Shown here piece by piece: positions 28,266-37,570 of a stretch of DNA of 64,000 bases. The notes beneath the pieces are model-generated. The model searched no databases and was not told the origin of the DNA. It saw nothing but the letters and a program-made list of their open reading frames with translations. A program made the translations under genes and the position numbers. The DNA is taken from assembly GCA_041737355.1 (NCBI GenBank), contig JBGSRW010000003.1, positions 5,332-69,331 of the forward strand, read 5' to 3'. The stretch comes from Patescibacteria group bacterium (lineage in GTDB: Bacteria; Patescibacteriota; Patescibacteriia; XYB2-FULL-38-15). How positions within the stretch are numbered: the stretch's first letter is position 1; the number at the start of each line of letters is the position of its first letter.

Positions 28266-28481
28266 TTATTTTTTCTTTCTATTCTTTTTCCACTCCGAAA
28301 CAAATCCACCCAAACCCATCTTCCACAAAAGTCGCTCCGCATTAACTGCCCGCTGACTTCCCTCCTCCGTTTCTAGTATTCCAAGCAAACTTCTAGCTCG
28401 CTCCGCGCGCTCTTTATCCTCCTTGACTTTGGCGGTAATTTCTTCCCGAGCGGCTTCAAAATTTGATTTCTCCACAGCCAT
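28266..28481 (-). CDS. Small hypothetical protein
   Basis: 71 aa charged helical ORF in the operon direction, filling the gap between its neighbours. Confidence 0.55.
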   Translation of the reverse strand: MAVEKSNFEAAREEITAKVKEDKERAERARSLLGILETEEGSQRAVNAERLLWKMGLGGFVSEWKKNRKKK

Positions 28482-28500
28482 ATAATTTTATAATTAAATT

Positions 28501-28920
28501 TTAATTTTCTCCACCTTGATAGTGTGGGCTTACTTTTTTAAATTCTTCATAATTCTCAATATAGTCGCTTCGGTCTGGATTATAATTTGTTGATGAAAGT
28601 GCGAAGAACACCGCGTCCGGGGAAAAATCTTTAAAATGGTGCCAAACAAAATTTGGAACATACATCGCCCCGGTCGGACCGACGAGTGGGATTTCTTCTA
28701 GCCCCCGGCCTTTGTCAATTACCGCCGTACAACTTCCTTGAATCAAAACAAAAAATTCTTCTTCAACTTTATGGCAATGCGCTCCGGTGGGAGCTTGGGG
28801 TTTGGTAATAAAATAAACTCGCTTCACTTCAAAATCAACATAATCTTTCAATTCTACCGGACTCATGACAAATTTCGGCGTATCTATTCTTTTGATTTGA
28901 AATTGTTGGAAGGACTTCAT
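28501..28920 (-). CDS. FdtA/QdtA (WxcM-like) cupin sugar isomerase
   Basis: FEVKRVYFI...GAHCHK..EEFF...QGS, VWHHF..FSPDA...LSS..Y...DYI..Y. Confidence 0.85.
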   Translation of the reverse strand: MKSFQQFQIKRIDTPKFVMSPVELKDYVDFEVKRVYFITKPQAPTGAHCHKVEEEFFVLIQGSCTAVIDKGRGLEEIPLVGPTGAMYVPNFVWHHFKDFSPDAVFFALSSTNYNPDRSDYIENYEEFKKVSPHYQGGEN

Positions 28921-28930
28921 GAGATTAATT

Positions 28931-29803
28931 TTATTTTTTAAATTTTTCCGCCACTCTTCTCGCCAACTCCAACAAAGCACCAAAATTTTCTACATCCATC
29001 TGAAAAGATTTATCTGTGCCTTTTAATTCCCAACTCTCCCTTAAGGTACCGGGCTTATCAAGTGGCATAGCGTATGCACCAGATTTTTCCAATTCTTTTT
29101 TATAATGAGTTATGATCATTTCCGCAATTTCATCAATATTATAACTTTGTAATAAAGCCACCAAGATAAATTCATAATCCTGAAATTTTCTTTTAGTGTC
29201 CGCAGAAACCTTTAAAGCACCTCTGCCTCCCGAAGCTCCCGTAAGAGCTACGTAAGAATCAATAAATTGATCTAACGGATGTACGCCGATTACTTTTCTT
29301 CCCTCTATTTGATACTCAACTAACCTTGCTGGCGGCGAGGCGAGAAAACTATCAGGATTTAGCCTGCTGTCTTTCATTACTAAACTCTCATCGACAAATT
29401 GGGCAACATCCACATCACCAGGCCTACACAAAACTGCCTTCTGAGAATCGGGCCGCACATCAACTTTTTGTTTTCCTACAATTCTGCCTGCTTTATCTAA
29501 TCCTAAAATGCTCATTTCTTCCGACATGGCCATCAAAAGATATACATAAGAACCACAAACCGCATATCTCACTTCTCCTTCATTGCTAACCTGGGGGTGC
29601 TCTTCTAATACCGGAAAAACATTTTCAGATAGTCTTTTTTCAAATGATTCTTTTCTCCCGGGAGCAGTTTCTAATAATTTTCTATGTCTGGCCTCATCTC
29701 TTTGCCAAAATTGGTAATTTTCAACTGGTTTTGAAAAATCATAATTAACTCTTTCTTCGCGCAAAGCCATATCGCCTCTAAATTGTCCACTCTCAAAATT
29801 CAT
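28931..29803 (-). CDS. Hypothetical protein with a possible nucleotidyltransferase-fold motif
   Basis: YAVCGS...RPGDVDV resembles the GS...DxD motif. Start at ATG 29803 (MNFESG) is a guess. Confidence 0.6.
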   Translation of the reverse strand: MNFESGQFRGDMALREERVNYDFSKPVENYQFWQRDEARHRKLLETAPGRKESFEKRLSENVFPVLEEHPQVSNEGEVRYAVCGSYVYLLMAMSEEMSILGLDKAGRIVGKQKVDVRPDSQKAVLCRPGDVDVAQFVDESLVMKDSRLNPDSFLASPPARLVEYQIEGRKVIGVHPLDQFIDSYVALTGASGGRGALKVSADTKRKFQDYEFILVALLQSYNIDEIAEMIITHYKKELEKSGAYAMPLDKPGTLRESWELKGTDKSFQMDVENFGALLELARRVAEKFKK

Positions 29804-29857
29804 AATATGGATAATGGTGCAAATTGCAGAGGAAATTTCTCTGTAATTCACTATTTT

Positions 29858-30871
29858 TTATTTAATATGCGGATTTAATTCTTCTTTTCTTTTTTGCAAT
29901 TTTTCTACCCATTCTTTATTTGCTAAATACCAATCTACCGTTTCTTTCAAACCCTGCTCAAATTTCTCGCGCGTATAATTCGGTTGCCATCCTAATGATA
30001 AAATTTTTGAAGCATCAATGGCATAGCGGCGATCATGTCCCGGCCGATCGGTAACATGCTCAATCATTTCTTCCCCCCTGCCCATCAATTTCAACATCAT
30101 TTTGGTTATTTCCATATTGCTGCGTTCATTATCAACGCCGATATTATAAACTTCTCCCGCGACGCCTTTATGGAGTAATAAATCCAGAGCAGCGGCGTGA
30201 TCCGTCACATGAATCCAGTCGCGGACATAAAGTCCATCGCCGTAAACCGGAACTTTTTGGTTATTAATCAGGCGGAAAATAAAAAATGGGATTAATTTTT
30301 CGGGAAATTGATACTGGCCATAATTATTAGAGCAGTGTGTCACAACAACTGGAACTTTATGGGTGACAAAATAAGCATTGCACATTAAATCTCCGCCGGC
30401 CTTGGCCGCGGCATAAGGCATATTGGGCCAGATCGGCGTGCTTTCTGTAAATTTTCTATCCTCATCAAGCCCAAGAGCGCCGTAAACTTCGTCGGTCGAA
30501 ACATTCACAAACTTTTCTATATTATTGGCCCGCACGGCGTCCAAAATCATCTGCACACCCAAGGTATTGGTCATGACAAAATCTTTGCAGCCGCCGTGGA
30601 TTGAACGGTCGACATGGGTCTCTGCGGCGAAGTTTATGACATGGCTGATTTTGTGCTCGACAATAACTTGGTTTAATTTTTCCAGATCAACAATATCTCC
30701 CTGAATAAAAGTATAATTGGGATTATTTTCTACATCGCGCAAGTTATCCAAATTGCCGGCGTAAGTCAGCTTGTCGTAATTTACAATTTTATAATCCGGA
30801 TATTTTTGGAGCATGTGCCGAATAAAGTTTGACCCAATGAACCCGGCTCCGCCGCAAACTAAAAGATTCAT
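29858..30871 (-). CDS. rmlB: dTDP-glucose 4,6-dehydratase
   Basis: GGAGFIGSNF, DKLTYAGN, AAETHVDRSI, STDEVYG, YAAAK, QFPEKLIP, DRPGHDRRYAID. Confidence 0.96.
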   Translation of the reverse strand: MNLLVCGGAGFIGSNFIRHMLQKYPDYKIVNYDKLTYAGNLDNLRDVENNPNYTFIQGDIVDLEKLNQVIVEHKISHVINFAAETHVDRSIHGGCKDFVMTNTLGVQMILDAVRANNIEKFVNVSTDEVYGALGLDEDRKFTESTPIWPNMPYAAAKAGGDLMCNAYFVTHKVPVVVTHCSNNYGQYQFPEKLIPFFIFRLINNQKVPVYGDGLYVRDWIHVTDHAAALDLLLHKGVAGEVYNIGVDNERSNMEITKMMLKLMGRGEEMIEHVTDRPGHDRRYAIDASKILSLGWQPNYTREKFEQGLKETVDWYLANKEWVEKLQKRKEELNPHIK

Positions 30872-30882
30872 ATAATTAAATT

Positions 30883-31290
30883 TTATTTTAAAGATTGTTT
30901 TATTTTTTGGGCAACCGCGCCGGCTTCCCCGTCGTCATAGCCCCTCCCGTCCCAATGTTTTAATCCATCTTCCGGCAAGCGTGGGATAACATGCCAATGT
31001 ATGTGCGGAATCACCTGACCGGCAACCGATCCGTTATTTTGAATAATATTGAATCCCTTGAGATCCAGAGCCTTAACGACCGCGAGAGAAACCTTTTTGG
31101 CGGCGACCATTATCTCTTTCAAAACCGCCTCGGGACAGTCTATTATATTTTCATAATGGTCCTTGGACATGATCAGCATGTGTCCGGGATTAACCGGATG
31201 AATATCAAGAAAAACGACGACTTTTTCGTTTTCATAAATTTTAACCGCGGGAATTTCCCCTTTAATGATTCTACAAAACACGCAATCCAT
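30883..31290 (-). CDS. HIT family nucleotide hydrolase
   Basis: DCVFCRII, GQVIPHIHWHVIPR histidine triad. Confidence 0.95.
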   Translation of the reverse strand: MDCVFCRIIKGEIPAVKIYENEKVVVFLDIHPVNPGHMLIMSKDHYENIIDCPEAVLKEIMVAAKKVSLAVVKALDLKGFNIIQNNGSVAGQVIPHIHWHVIPRLPEDGLKHWDGRGYDDGEAGAVAQKIKQSLK

Positions 31291-31294
31291 ATTT

Positions 31295-31495
31295 TTACGA
31301 TTTAATTTTATTTTTATCCAATATTACCGTCACCGTACCAAAAATTAACGGAATTAACAAGAGCCAGTTAAAATTCAAATAATAGCTGACAAATCCCGGC
31401 TCAAACCATTCCATAATCGCAAACACAACAAATGTTATGGAAAAAATAACAAAAACATCCTTGCAAATTTTATAAATAAATTCCTTTATTGCCAT
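31295..31495 (-). CDS. Small two-TM membrane protein
   Basis: 66 aa, hydrophobic, EWFEPGFVSYYLN loop; tightly packed in the operon. Confidence 0.65.
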   Translation of the reverse strand: MAIKEFIYKICKDVFVIFSITFVVFAIMEWFEPGFVSYYLNFNWLLLIPLIFGTVTVILDKNKIKS

Positions 31496-31500
31496 GTTTT

Positions 31501-32097
31501 CTAAAAAATTTTGTTAACTCTCCAAGAGATTCCTTCCAAAATTTTATTGACTATTTCCTTGCCGCCAAGCTCCGGCCGGACAAAAAGAACCTCTATCCCG
31601 TCAAGGGCGATCTGCTCCGTCCGCATTCCCTCCGCGGAAAAACCAAATCTATATTTGCTTCCTTCTGGAATAAGCTTAGAAAAATCAAAAAACTCGGTTT
31701 GGTTTTGCCACTTTCCCCCAGTCGGCGGCAGATCTCGCCAATCAAAGGCCCACGCCGCTTTATTGATCAACCCTCCCATTTTTATCGGCATCGCTCCGCT
31801 ATTTTTATATTTCACCGTAACGGCGACCCTTTCGAAATTATCATTGGGTTTCAAGTCAAAATAAACCGGTTCGGCAAGAAAAACCCGGTGGAAACCCCCG
31901 TCAGTGCCCTGATACGCCCCGGAGGAAACCCGATCCTTTGGATAAAGTTTTGAAATAAAAGGTGTTTCGCGGCGCATATCGTAATTCGCGGTTACTTTGC
32001 CGCTGGGCGCGATCTCCTTATAGCTCAACCAGCCAAGAATGACTATCGGTATAACGATAAGAATGGATCGGATAATTTTGTGGAAGACGGAGAGCAT
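31501..32097 (-). CDS. Membrane-anchored extracytoplasmic hypothetical protein
   Basis: N-terminal TM followed by a beta-rich region (EPVYFDL). Confidence 0.7.
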   Translation of the reverse strand: MLSVFHKIIRSILIVIPIVILGWLSYKEIAPSGKVTANYDMRRETPFISKLYPKDRVSSGAYQGTDGGFHRVFLAEPVYFDLKPNDNFERVAVTVKYKNSGAMPIKMGGLINKAAWAFDWRDLPPTGGKWQNQTEFFDFSKLIPEGSKYRFGFSAEGMRTEQIALDGIEVLFVRPELGGKEIVNKILEGISWRVNKIF

Positions 32098-32100
32098 AAA

Positions 32101-33780
32101 TTATTTTAACCGGACAAATTCATAAAGAGACTCTATCCCGAAATCCCTAATCTTTCTGATTTCGATTTCGTTTGGATTAATTTTTTTCGCATAAAGATAA
32201 CTAATATCTTGCTCGGGGAAGGTGACGCCGTAATAGTAAAGGGGAACTTCCCCGGAAAGAGGGGGAATGAGTTTATAAACTTGATTGTCGCGGAGCGGCT
32301 GGATAACCTGATGTTCCGGAAAAAAAATCTTATCGGCCCGGTCAACTATGATAATCGCGTCCGACTCAATCATCCGGCTGACTTCGCCAGAGATATAACC
32401 ATACTCCTTCACGTTTTTTTTGACTTGGACCAGTCCGTCGTTTTTATCTAAAAAGACAAGCCAAGCCGAAAGAATAAAAAAGACAAGGCTGATTGCTACG
32501 GCGATTATTTTTTTCTGCCCACCACGGAACCACCCAACAAATTTTATCAAGGCAAAAGAAATTAAGGGTAGCGATAAAATATATATTGGAAGCCAATAAC
32601 GGACGTATGATGTTCCGACCGAAACCTCCTTGGCCGGATTATCGTAGATAAGCCAGCTTCCATAGTAGGCAAAAAGAAAAACGGAAATAGCTCCGTAAAA
32701 AATCAAATAAATTTTATGTTTTTTCTCAAGTCTGCCGCCAATAAAGTTTCTGATGAAAACAGAAAGGCCGGCGGCAAGCGGTATTGCCAGCCACCAGAAC
32801 ATCCCGGCGAAATAATTGGAAAAATTTTTTAGGATATTTTTTAAATGGAAACCAAAGGGAAAAATATAATGGGCAAAAGATGCAATAAGCCCGGCTCCCT
32901 GACCTCCCGGACCCGAGGCGCCTTCATTGCCCAGATTATATGCCGTCATCAGCGAGTTGCCGTAAAAAATCTGATTGTAGGCGAAGATCGGCGAAAAAGT
33001 CAGAACGGCAAAAATTAAAAAAATCGCTGCCTGGTCGTAGCGGATTTTTTTTCTGTAAATTAAAAATAATCCGATAATCGCCGACCCGACCCATATTATT
33101 TCCGACAAACGGACCGTCATCGCCAAACCGAAAAATAAACCGGCGAGGATAAAATCAACATAATTATTTTTCTCCCCACCCCTGGCTCTCACGCTGTCCG
33201 GAAAAGACTCTCCTGTTCTGGCCAGAAAATAAAAACTGAAAATCAAAAAAGTAACAAAAAGAACATTCGGAAAAAGCCCGCGGGCCGAGTAATACCAGAA
33301 AGCCGGATGAACGAGAAGGAGCAGGGCCGACCAAAAAGCGATTTGACTTGAAAAAATTTTCCTGATAATTTCGTAGAAACAAAAAACCGCCAAACCGGCA
33401 AAAATCGGCGTAAGATAAAAAATCGCCTTGAGACCGATAATTTTAGCCAGCCATCCGTAAACGAGGATAAGCCCAAGAAAACTCCCCGGAACAAGATAGC
33501 CGTTTACAACCGCCGTACTCCTCGGCTGGATCCTGTTTTCGGCGATGAAATTAAGCGGCTCAAAAATTCTTAGCACTCCCTCCTTGGCGTACATTCTGGA
33601 AAAAAAATAATTGGCGGTTTCGTCGGGAGAATTAAATTTAACTGATGAGGACGAAAAATTTCCTCCAGAAATAGCCGAAAGATAAAAATTGGAGTAAACA
33701 AAAAAAGCAACAAAAATTACGGCAATCAAAATCGCTTTCTCCCAATTTTCCTTAACCCATTTTTTTATGATAAAATACAT
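32101..33780 (-). CDS. GT-C-fold membrane glycosyltransferase (GT39/PMT/ArnT-like)
   Basis: Many TMs; SPDET acidic DE motif in the first external loop; late RYWLP motif. Confidence 0.78.
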   Translation of the reverse strand: MYFIIKKWVKENWEKAILIAVIFVAFFVYSNFYLSAISGGNFSSSSVKFNSPDETANYFFSRMYAKEGVLRIFEPLNFIAENRIQPRSTAVVNGYLVPGSFLGLILVYGWLAKIIGLKAIFYLTPIFAGLAVFCFYEIIRKIFSSQIAFWSALLLLVHPAFWYYSARGLFPNVLFVTFLIFSFYFLARTGESFPDSVRARGGEKNNYVDFILAGLFFGLAMTVRLSEIIWVGSAIIGLFLIYRKKIRYDQAAIFLIFAVLTFSPIFAYNQIFYGNSLMTAYNLGNEGASGPGGQGAGLIASFAHYIFPFGFHLKNILKNFSNYFAGMFWWLAIPLAAGLSVFIRNFIGGRLEKKHKIYLIFYGAISVFLFAYYGSWLIYDNPAKEVSVGTSYVRYWLPIYILSLPLISFALIKFVGWFRGGQKKIIAVAISLVFFILSAWLVFLDKNDGLVQVKKNVKEYGYISGEVSRMIESDAIIIVDRADKIFFPEHQVIQPLRDNQVYKLIPPLSGEVPLYYYGVTFPEQDISYLYAKKINPNEIEIRKIRDFGIESLYEFVRLK

Positions 33781-33783
33781 AGC

Positions 33784-35913
33784 ATGAACCTCAAATTACC
33801 TTATTGTATCATTATTTCGCTGATTTTAATAGTCGGTCTCTTCGGTAACATTTTCATCTGGAAAAGCCCGGCGATCGGCCTGACTTTCGGCCCAGCCTAC
33901 CTTTTATTTTTCGGTTTTATGCTCGGCTTTATCCTTTACCGCTCCAAGCCGGCCATTTTTCAATTTATTTATGGCCTGCTTTATCTTTTAGCCGGACTTG
34001 CTTTCTGGGGTGCCCTGCTTTATTATTTTTATCAGCTTAACAATCTGGCGGTTGCCTCCCTTATACTTTTCATTCCCCTTGTCCTTCTCCCCTTCTTAAA
34101 ATACGGCAACCACCTAAAAACCCATCACGACTTCAATCCGGTCCAAATTAATCCTCATATCCTCCGCACAACCTTTCTTGTCGCGGCGTTTATTTTTTTG
34201 ACCATTTTAAATTTCCGCTATCTGCTCGGGACCGGAACCGTTGAAGCCATCCGGACGCCTTGGAAAATTTTGCCTGGAGAATTTTTTATAACTTATTTTT
34301 CCGCCTCCGCCATTCTTCTTTATTTTATTTTAAAAAGCCAGAAAGAAGGGCTGAATCTCGCCCTGATAAGCATCCATGTTTTCCTGACCGTGAGCATTGT
34401 CTTGTTCGTTTACCGGGTCGGCTACGGATTTGATCCCTTCATCCACCAAGCTACCGAAAAAGTAATCGCCGCGGAAGGTTTCATTTTGCCAAAACCTTTT
34501 TATTATCTCGGCCAATACGCCCTGGTGGTTTTTTTCTCTAAAATTTCCCTTCTCCCGATTATCTGGATAGATAAACTCCTGCTGCCTATTTCCTTGTCGC
34601 TTTTTCTGCCCTCCACAATTTACTATTCCCTAAAACCTTTCGTTGCCAAGAACCTTACCCCGAGCGCAAGCCTCCTGCCGTTACTCATATTAATTTTGCC
34701 TTTCAGCGCCTTTATCGCGACAACCCCCCAGGGTCTGGCAAATCTCTTTCTTTTGATCACAATCTTTCTTGGTCTTCTCGCTCTCCGGCGCGAGTTCCCC
34801 GTTTTTGATCTGTGGTTTTTGAGCTTTGCCACAATTTTTATCCATCCCCTGGCCGGTCTGCCAAGTTTGATTTTTGTTTTTCTCATTACTCTTTTCATCT
34901 TTTTCAAAAAACAGGAAGGAATTTTCGAATTCCTGCGGCATTTGGTTTTTATCGGAAGCTTTGTCCTCTCCGCCGTAGCTATTCCCCTGCTCTTCCTTTT
35001 CGCAATTTTATTTTTTCAAGGACCAACAAACATTTTCTCCTTAAAAACTCTCGAGAGCTCACCAAACCTGCTTAATGCTCTCGGATGGAACCTACCTGTT
35101 TGGATAAATAATTTTCAGCCTGTTCTCGACTTGGTTTATACTTACGGGAAAAATATTCCCTTTCTTGTTTTGGGCTTGGGCCTCACCGGATATTTTTTGA
35201 TAAAAAAATATCTCCCCCAAGCAATTATTTTCGTGATGGTTTTCTTGGCCCTGATTATTAATTATATTCTAATCAAACTTTTCATTGACTTTCCTGCCCT
35301 CATCAAGTACGAACAAAAAGTTTTCCCGGAGCGGATATTGGAAATCAGTTTTTATTTTTTAATTCCCCTTTTCCTTTTTGCTCTTTACCAATTCTTCGCC
35401 AAACTCGAAGTTCAGAAAAAATCCCTGAAATTTTTCTTTTTCCTGCTTTTCCCGCTCCTTCTGACTTTTTCTCTTTATTATTCCTACCCGAAAGACGACG
35501 GCGAGGATTACCAAATTGACCGCGGATACTCCGTTTCGGCCTCCGATATTTATGCTGTCCAACAAATTGAGCGTGACGCGGCCGGCGCCGACTACCTTGT
35601 TCTTGCAAACCAAAGCGTCTCCGCCGCGGCAGTCCGGGAATTCGGCTTCAAACAATACTATGGCCCGCATTTTTATTATCCGATTCCGACCGGCGATCCA
35701 CTTTACCAATCATATTTAAAAATGGTCTATGAGAAACCATCGCGCGCCGCGGTAACCGAAGCCTCGGAGCTTACCGGCGTCCGCCTTATTTATTTTGTCT
35801 TGAACCAATACTGGACCGACGCCGATAAAATCAAAGAAGCCGCCCAGCTTAATGCCGACGACTCTATGGACATTGACGGCGGAAAAGTTTTAATTTTTAA
35901 ATATAAACTTTAA
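33784..35913 (+). CDS. Large polytopic membrane protein, probably GT-C-like
   Basis: Very many TMs; GYGFDPFIHQA loop (D..H motif); HPLAG; soluble C-terminal domain. Confidence 0.65.
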   Translation: MNLKLPYCIIISLILIVGLFGNIFIWKSPAIGLTFGPAYLLFFGFMLGFILYRSKPAIFQFIYGLLYLLAGLAFWGALLYYFYQLNNLAVASLILFIPLVLLPFLKYGNHLKTHHDFNPVQINPHILRTTFLVAAFIFLTILNFRYLLGTGTVEAIRTPWKILPGEFFITYFSASAILLYFILKSQKEGLNLALISIHVFLTVSIVLFVYRVGYGFDPFIHQATEKVIAAEGFILPKPFYYLGQYALVVFFSKISLLPIIWIDKLLLPISLSLFLPSTIYYSLKPFVAKNLTPSASLLPLLILILPFSAFIATTPQGLANLFLLITIFLGLLALRREFPVFDLWFLSFATIFIHPLAGLPSLIFVFLITLFIFFKKQEGIFEFLRHLVFIGSFVLSAVAIPLLFLFAILFFQGPTNIFSLKTLESSPNLLNALGWNLPVWINNFQPVLDLVYTYGKNIPFLVLGLGLTGYFLIKKYLPQAIIFVMVFLALIINYILIKLFIDFPALIKYEQKVFPERILEISFYFLIPLFLFALYQFFAKLEVQKKSLKFFFFLLFPLLLTFSLYYSYPKDDGEDYQIDRGYSVSASDIYAVQQIERDAAGADYLVLANQSVSAAAVREFGFKQYYGPHFYYPIPTGDPLYQSYLKMVYEKPSRAAVTEASELTGVRLIYFVLNQYWTDADKIKEAAQLNADDSMDIDGGKVLIFKYKL

Positions 35914-35936
35914 CTAATCAACTATTTTCAAAATCT

Positions 35937-36305
35937 ATGAACAAAATGCTCGAGGAATTCAAGCAGTTCGCCATGAAAGGCAGCGTCCTTGACCTGGCTG
36001 TCGGCATTGTGATCGGCATCGCTTTTGGGAAAATCGTTTCGTCGTTCGTGAACGACATCCTGATGCCGATCGTCGGCATGCTTTTCGCCATAAACTTTTC
36101 TACGCTCTTTGTCGTCGTCCGGAACACGGTTATCAACTACGGCGCTTTTCTCCAAGCAACTGTCGAATTCCTGATTATCGCTTTCACCCTTTTCCTTTTT
36201 GTCAAAGCGATTAACGCGATGAAGAAAAAAGAAGAAGTAAAACCGGCCGAACCGACTGCGGAAATCAAACTCCTCACCGAAATCCGCGATTCATTAAGAA
36301 AATAA
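35937..36305 (+). CDS. mscL: Large-conductance mechanosensitive channel MscL
   Basis: EFKQFAMKGSVLDLAVGIVIG.AFGKIVSS.V.DI.MP; C-terminal LLTEIRD. Confidence 0.96.
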   Translation: MNKMLEEFKQFAMKGSVLDLAVGIVIGIAFGKIVSSFVNDILMPIVGMLFAINFSTLFVVVRNTVINYGAFLQATVEFLIIAFTLFLFVKAINAMKKKEEVKPAEPTAEIKLLTEIRDSLRK

Positions 36306-36316
36306 AACGACATACC

Positions 36317-36350
36317 AAAAACCAGCGGGCATTTTACCCGCTGGTTTTTT
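36317..36350. terminator. Bidirectional terminator
   Basis: AAAAACCAGCGGG / CCCGCTGGTTTTT. Confidence 0.88.
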
Positions 36351-36364
36351 ATCTTACAAAAAAA

Positions 36365-37570
36365 CTAAAAAACTAATATTTTTTTAATATAATTTTCAAT
36401 CTTAAAATCATAAACTGATCTCTGCGCCGCGGAACGCATTTTTTGGAGTTCATCGCGGTGGGCGACGCAGTATTTTAGAGCGCGCACTAAATCTTCTACA
36501 TTGCCGGCCTCAAAGGTGAAACCGTTTTCGCTGTCATGGATCAATTCGGCGACTCCCCCGATTTTGGCGGCAAGCACCGGCACACCGGCGGCTAAACTTT
36601 CGTAAATCACGGTTGGCGAATTTTCATAACAAAGCGAGGGAACAACCGTCAAATCAATCTGATCAAAAATTTTTCCTACCCCGTCACCAACTAATTTTCC
36701 GTGAATTATGAATCGGGAATCATCGCCTACCATCTTTTTAAATGCCACCATTGTACTGCCATCGCCGGCGATGTGAATTTTAAAATCAATATCTATTTTC
36801 TTCAATACGTCCACCAAAAATAAAATGCCTTTATGCTCTTCGATTTGGCCGAGATAAAGCAACTGTAAGCCCTTCGACTCGCTGCGCTCACTCAGGGAAT
36901 AATTGTTTATGGCCCGAGCTTGTCGAAGACCTATCGGATTGGGCAACACTATTTTTTTAGAATTTTTGAAAAATCCTTTGGCCGTATAAAAATTCAAAAG
37001 CCATTTTGAGGGCGAAACAACTATATCGGGCGAACTAAATACTTTCCGACAAATCTCTTCGTACCATCTCCGTAAGAATATCTTCTGCTGCCAATCGTTT
37101 TCCTGGCCTTTGATAATCAGGCCGCTTGGCACGGCAAGCTGGACATCGTGAAGGATATGAATATGTTTAATCCCTAATTTTCTGATTACCCAAAGAATTA
37201 AATAACCAATTCCCTTTAAGTTGTGCGTCATGACGAGTTCAGGCTTTTCCTCCCGCAAAATCTTTTTTACCGCCCGGGCGCTCTGGCAATTGAACATATC
37301 CCAGAAATGCCATTTCATCCGCCAAAGGGCGTGGTGTTTATAATCATTAAGATAATAAAAGAGATTTAAAGGATAAAATCTATAAACCTTAATCCTGTTC
37401 TCTTCTGCCGCTACCGGCTTCAGGCTTTTCCATCCACCCCAAGGTTTTGTGGAAATCACAAAAATCTCGTGGCCCGATTCGCGTAAACCATGCGCCACTC
37501 GTTCCGCCACCTTTTCCGCTCCTCCGCGCGAAATAGGCGGATATAAATTTGATATCAGACAAATCTTCAT
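36365..37570 (-). CDS. Glycosyltransferase family 4
   Basis: YPPISRGGAE, HKG, PSLCYENSPTVIYESLAAG. Confidence 0.9.
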   Translation of the reverse strand: MKICLISNLYPPISRGGAEKVAERVAHGLRESGHEIFVISTKPWGGWKSLKPVAAEENRIKVYRFYPLNLFYYLNDYKHHALWRMKWHFWDMFNCQSARAVKKILREEKPELVMTHNLKGIGYLILWVIRKLGIKHIHILHDVQLAVPSGLIIKGQENDWQQKIFLRRWYEEICRKVFSSPDIVVSPSKWLLNFYTAKGFFKNSKKIVLPNPIGLRQARAINNYSLSERSESKGLQLLYLGQIEEHKGILFLVDVLKKIDIDFKIHIAGDGSTMVAFKKMVGDDSRFIIHGKLVGDGVGKIFDQIDLTVVPSLCYENSPTVIYESLAAGVPVLAAKIGGVAELIHDSENGFTFEAGNVEDLVRALKYCVAHRDELQKMRSAAQRSVYDFKIENYIKKILVF

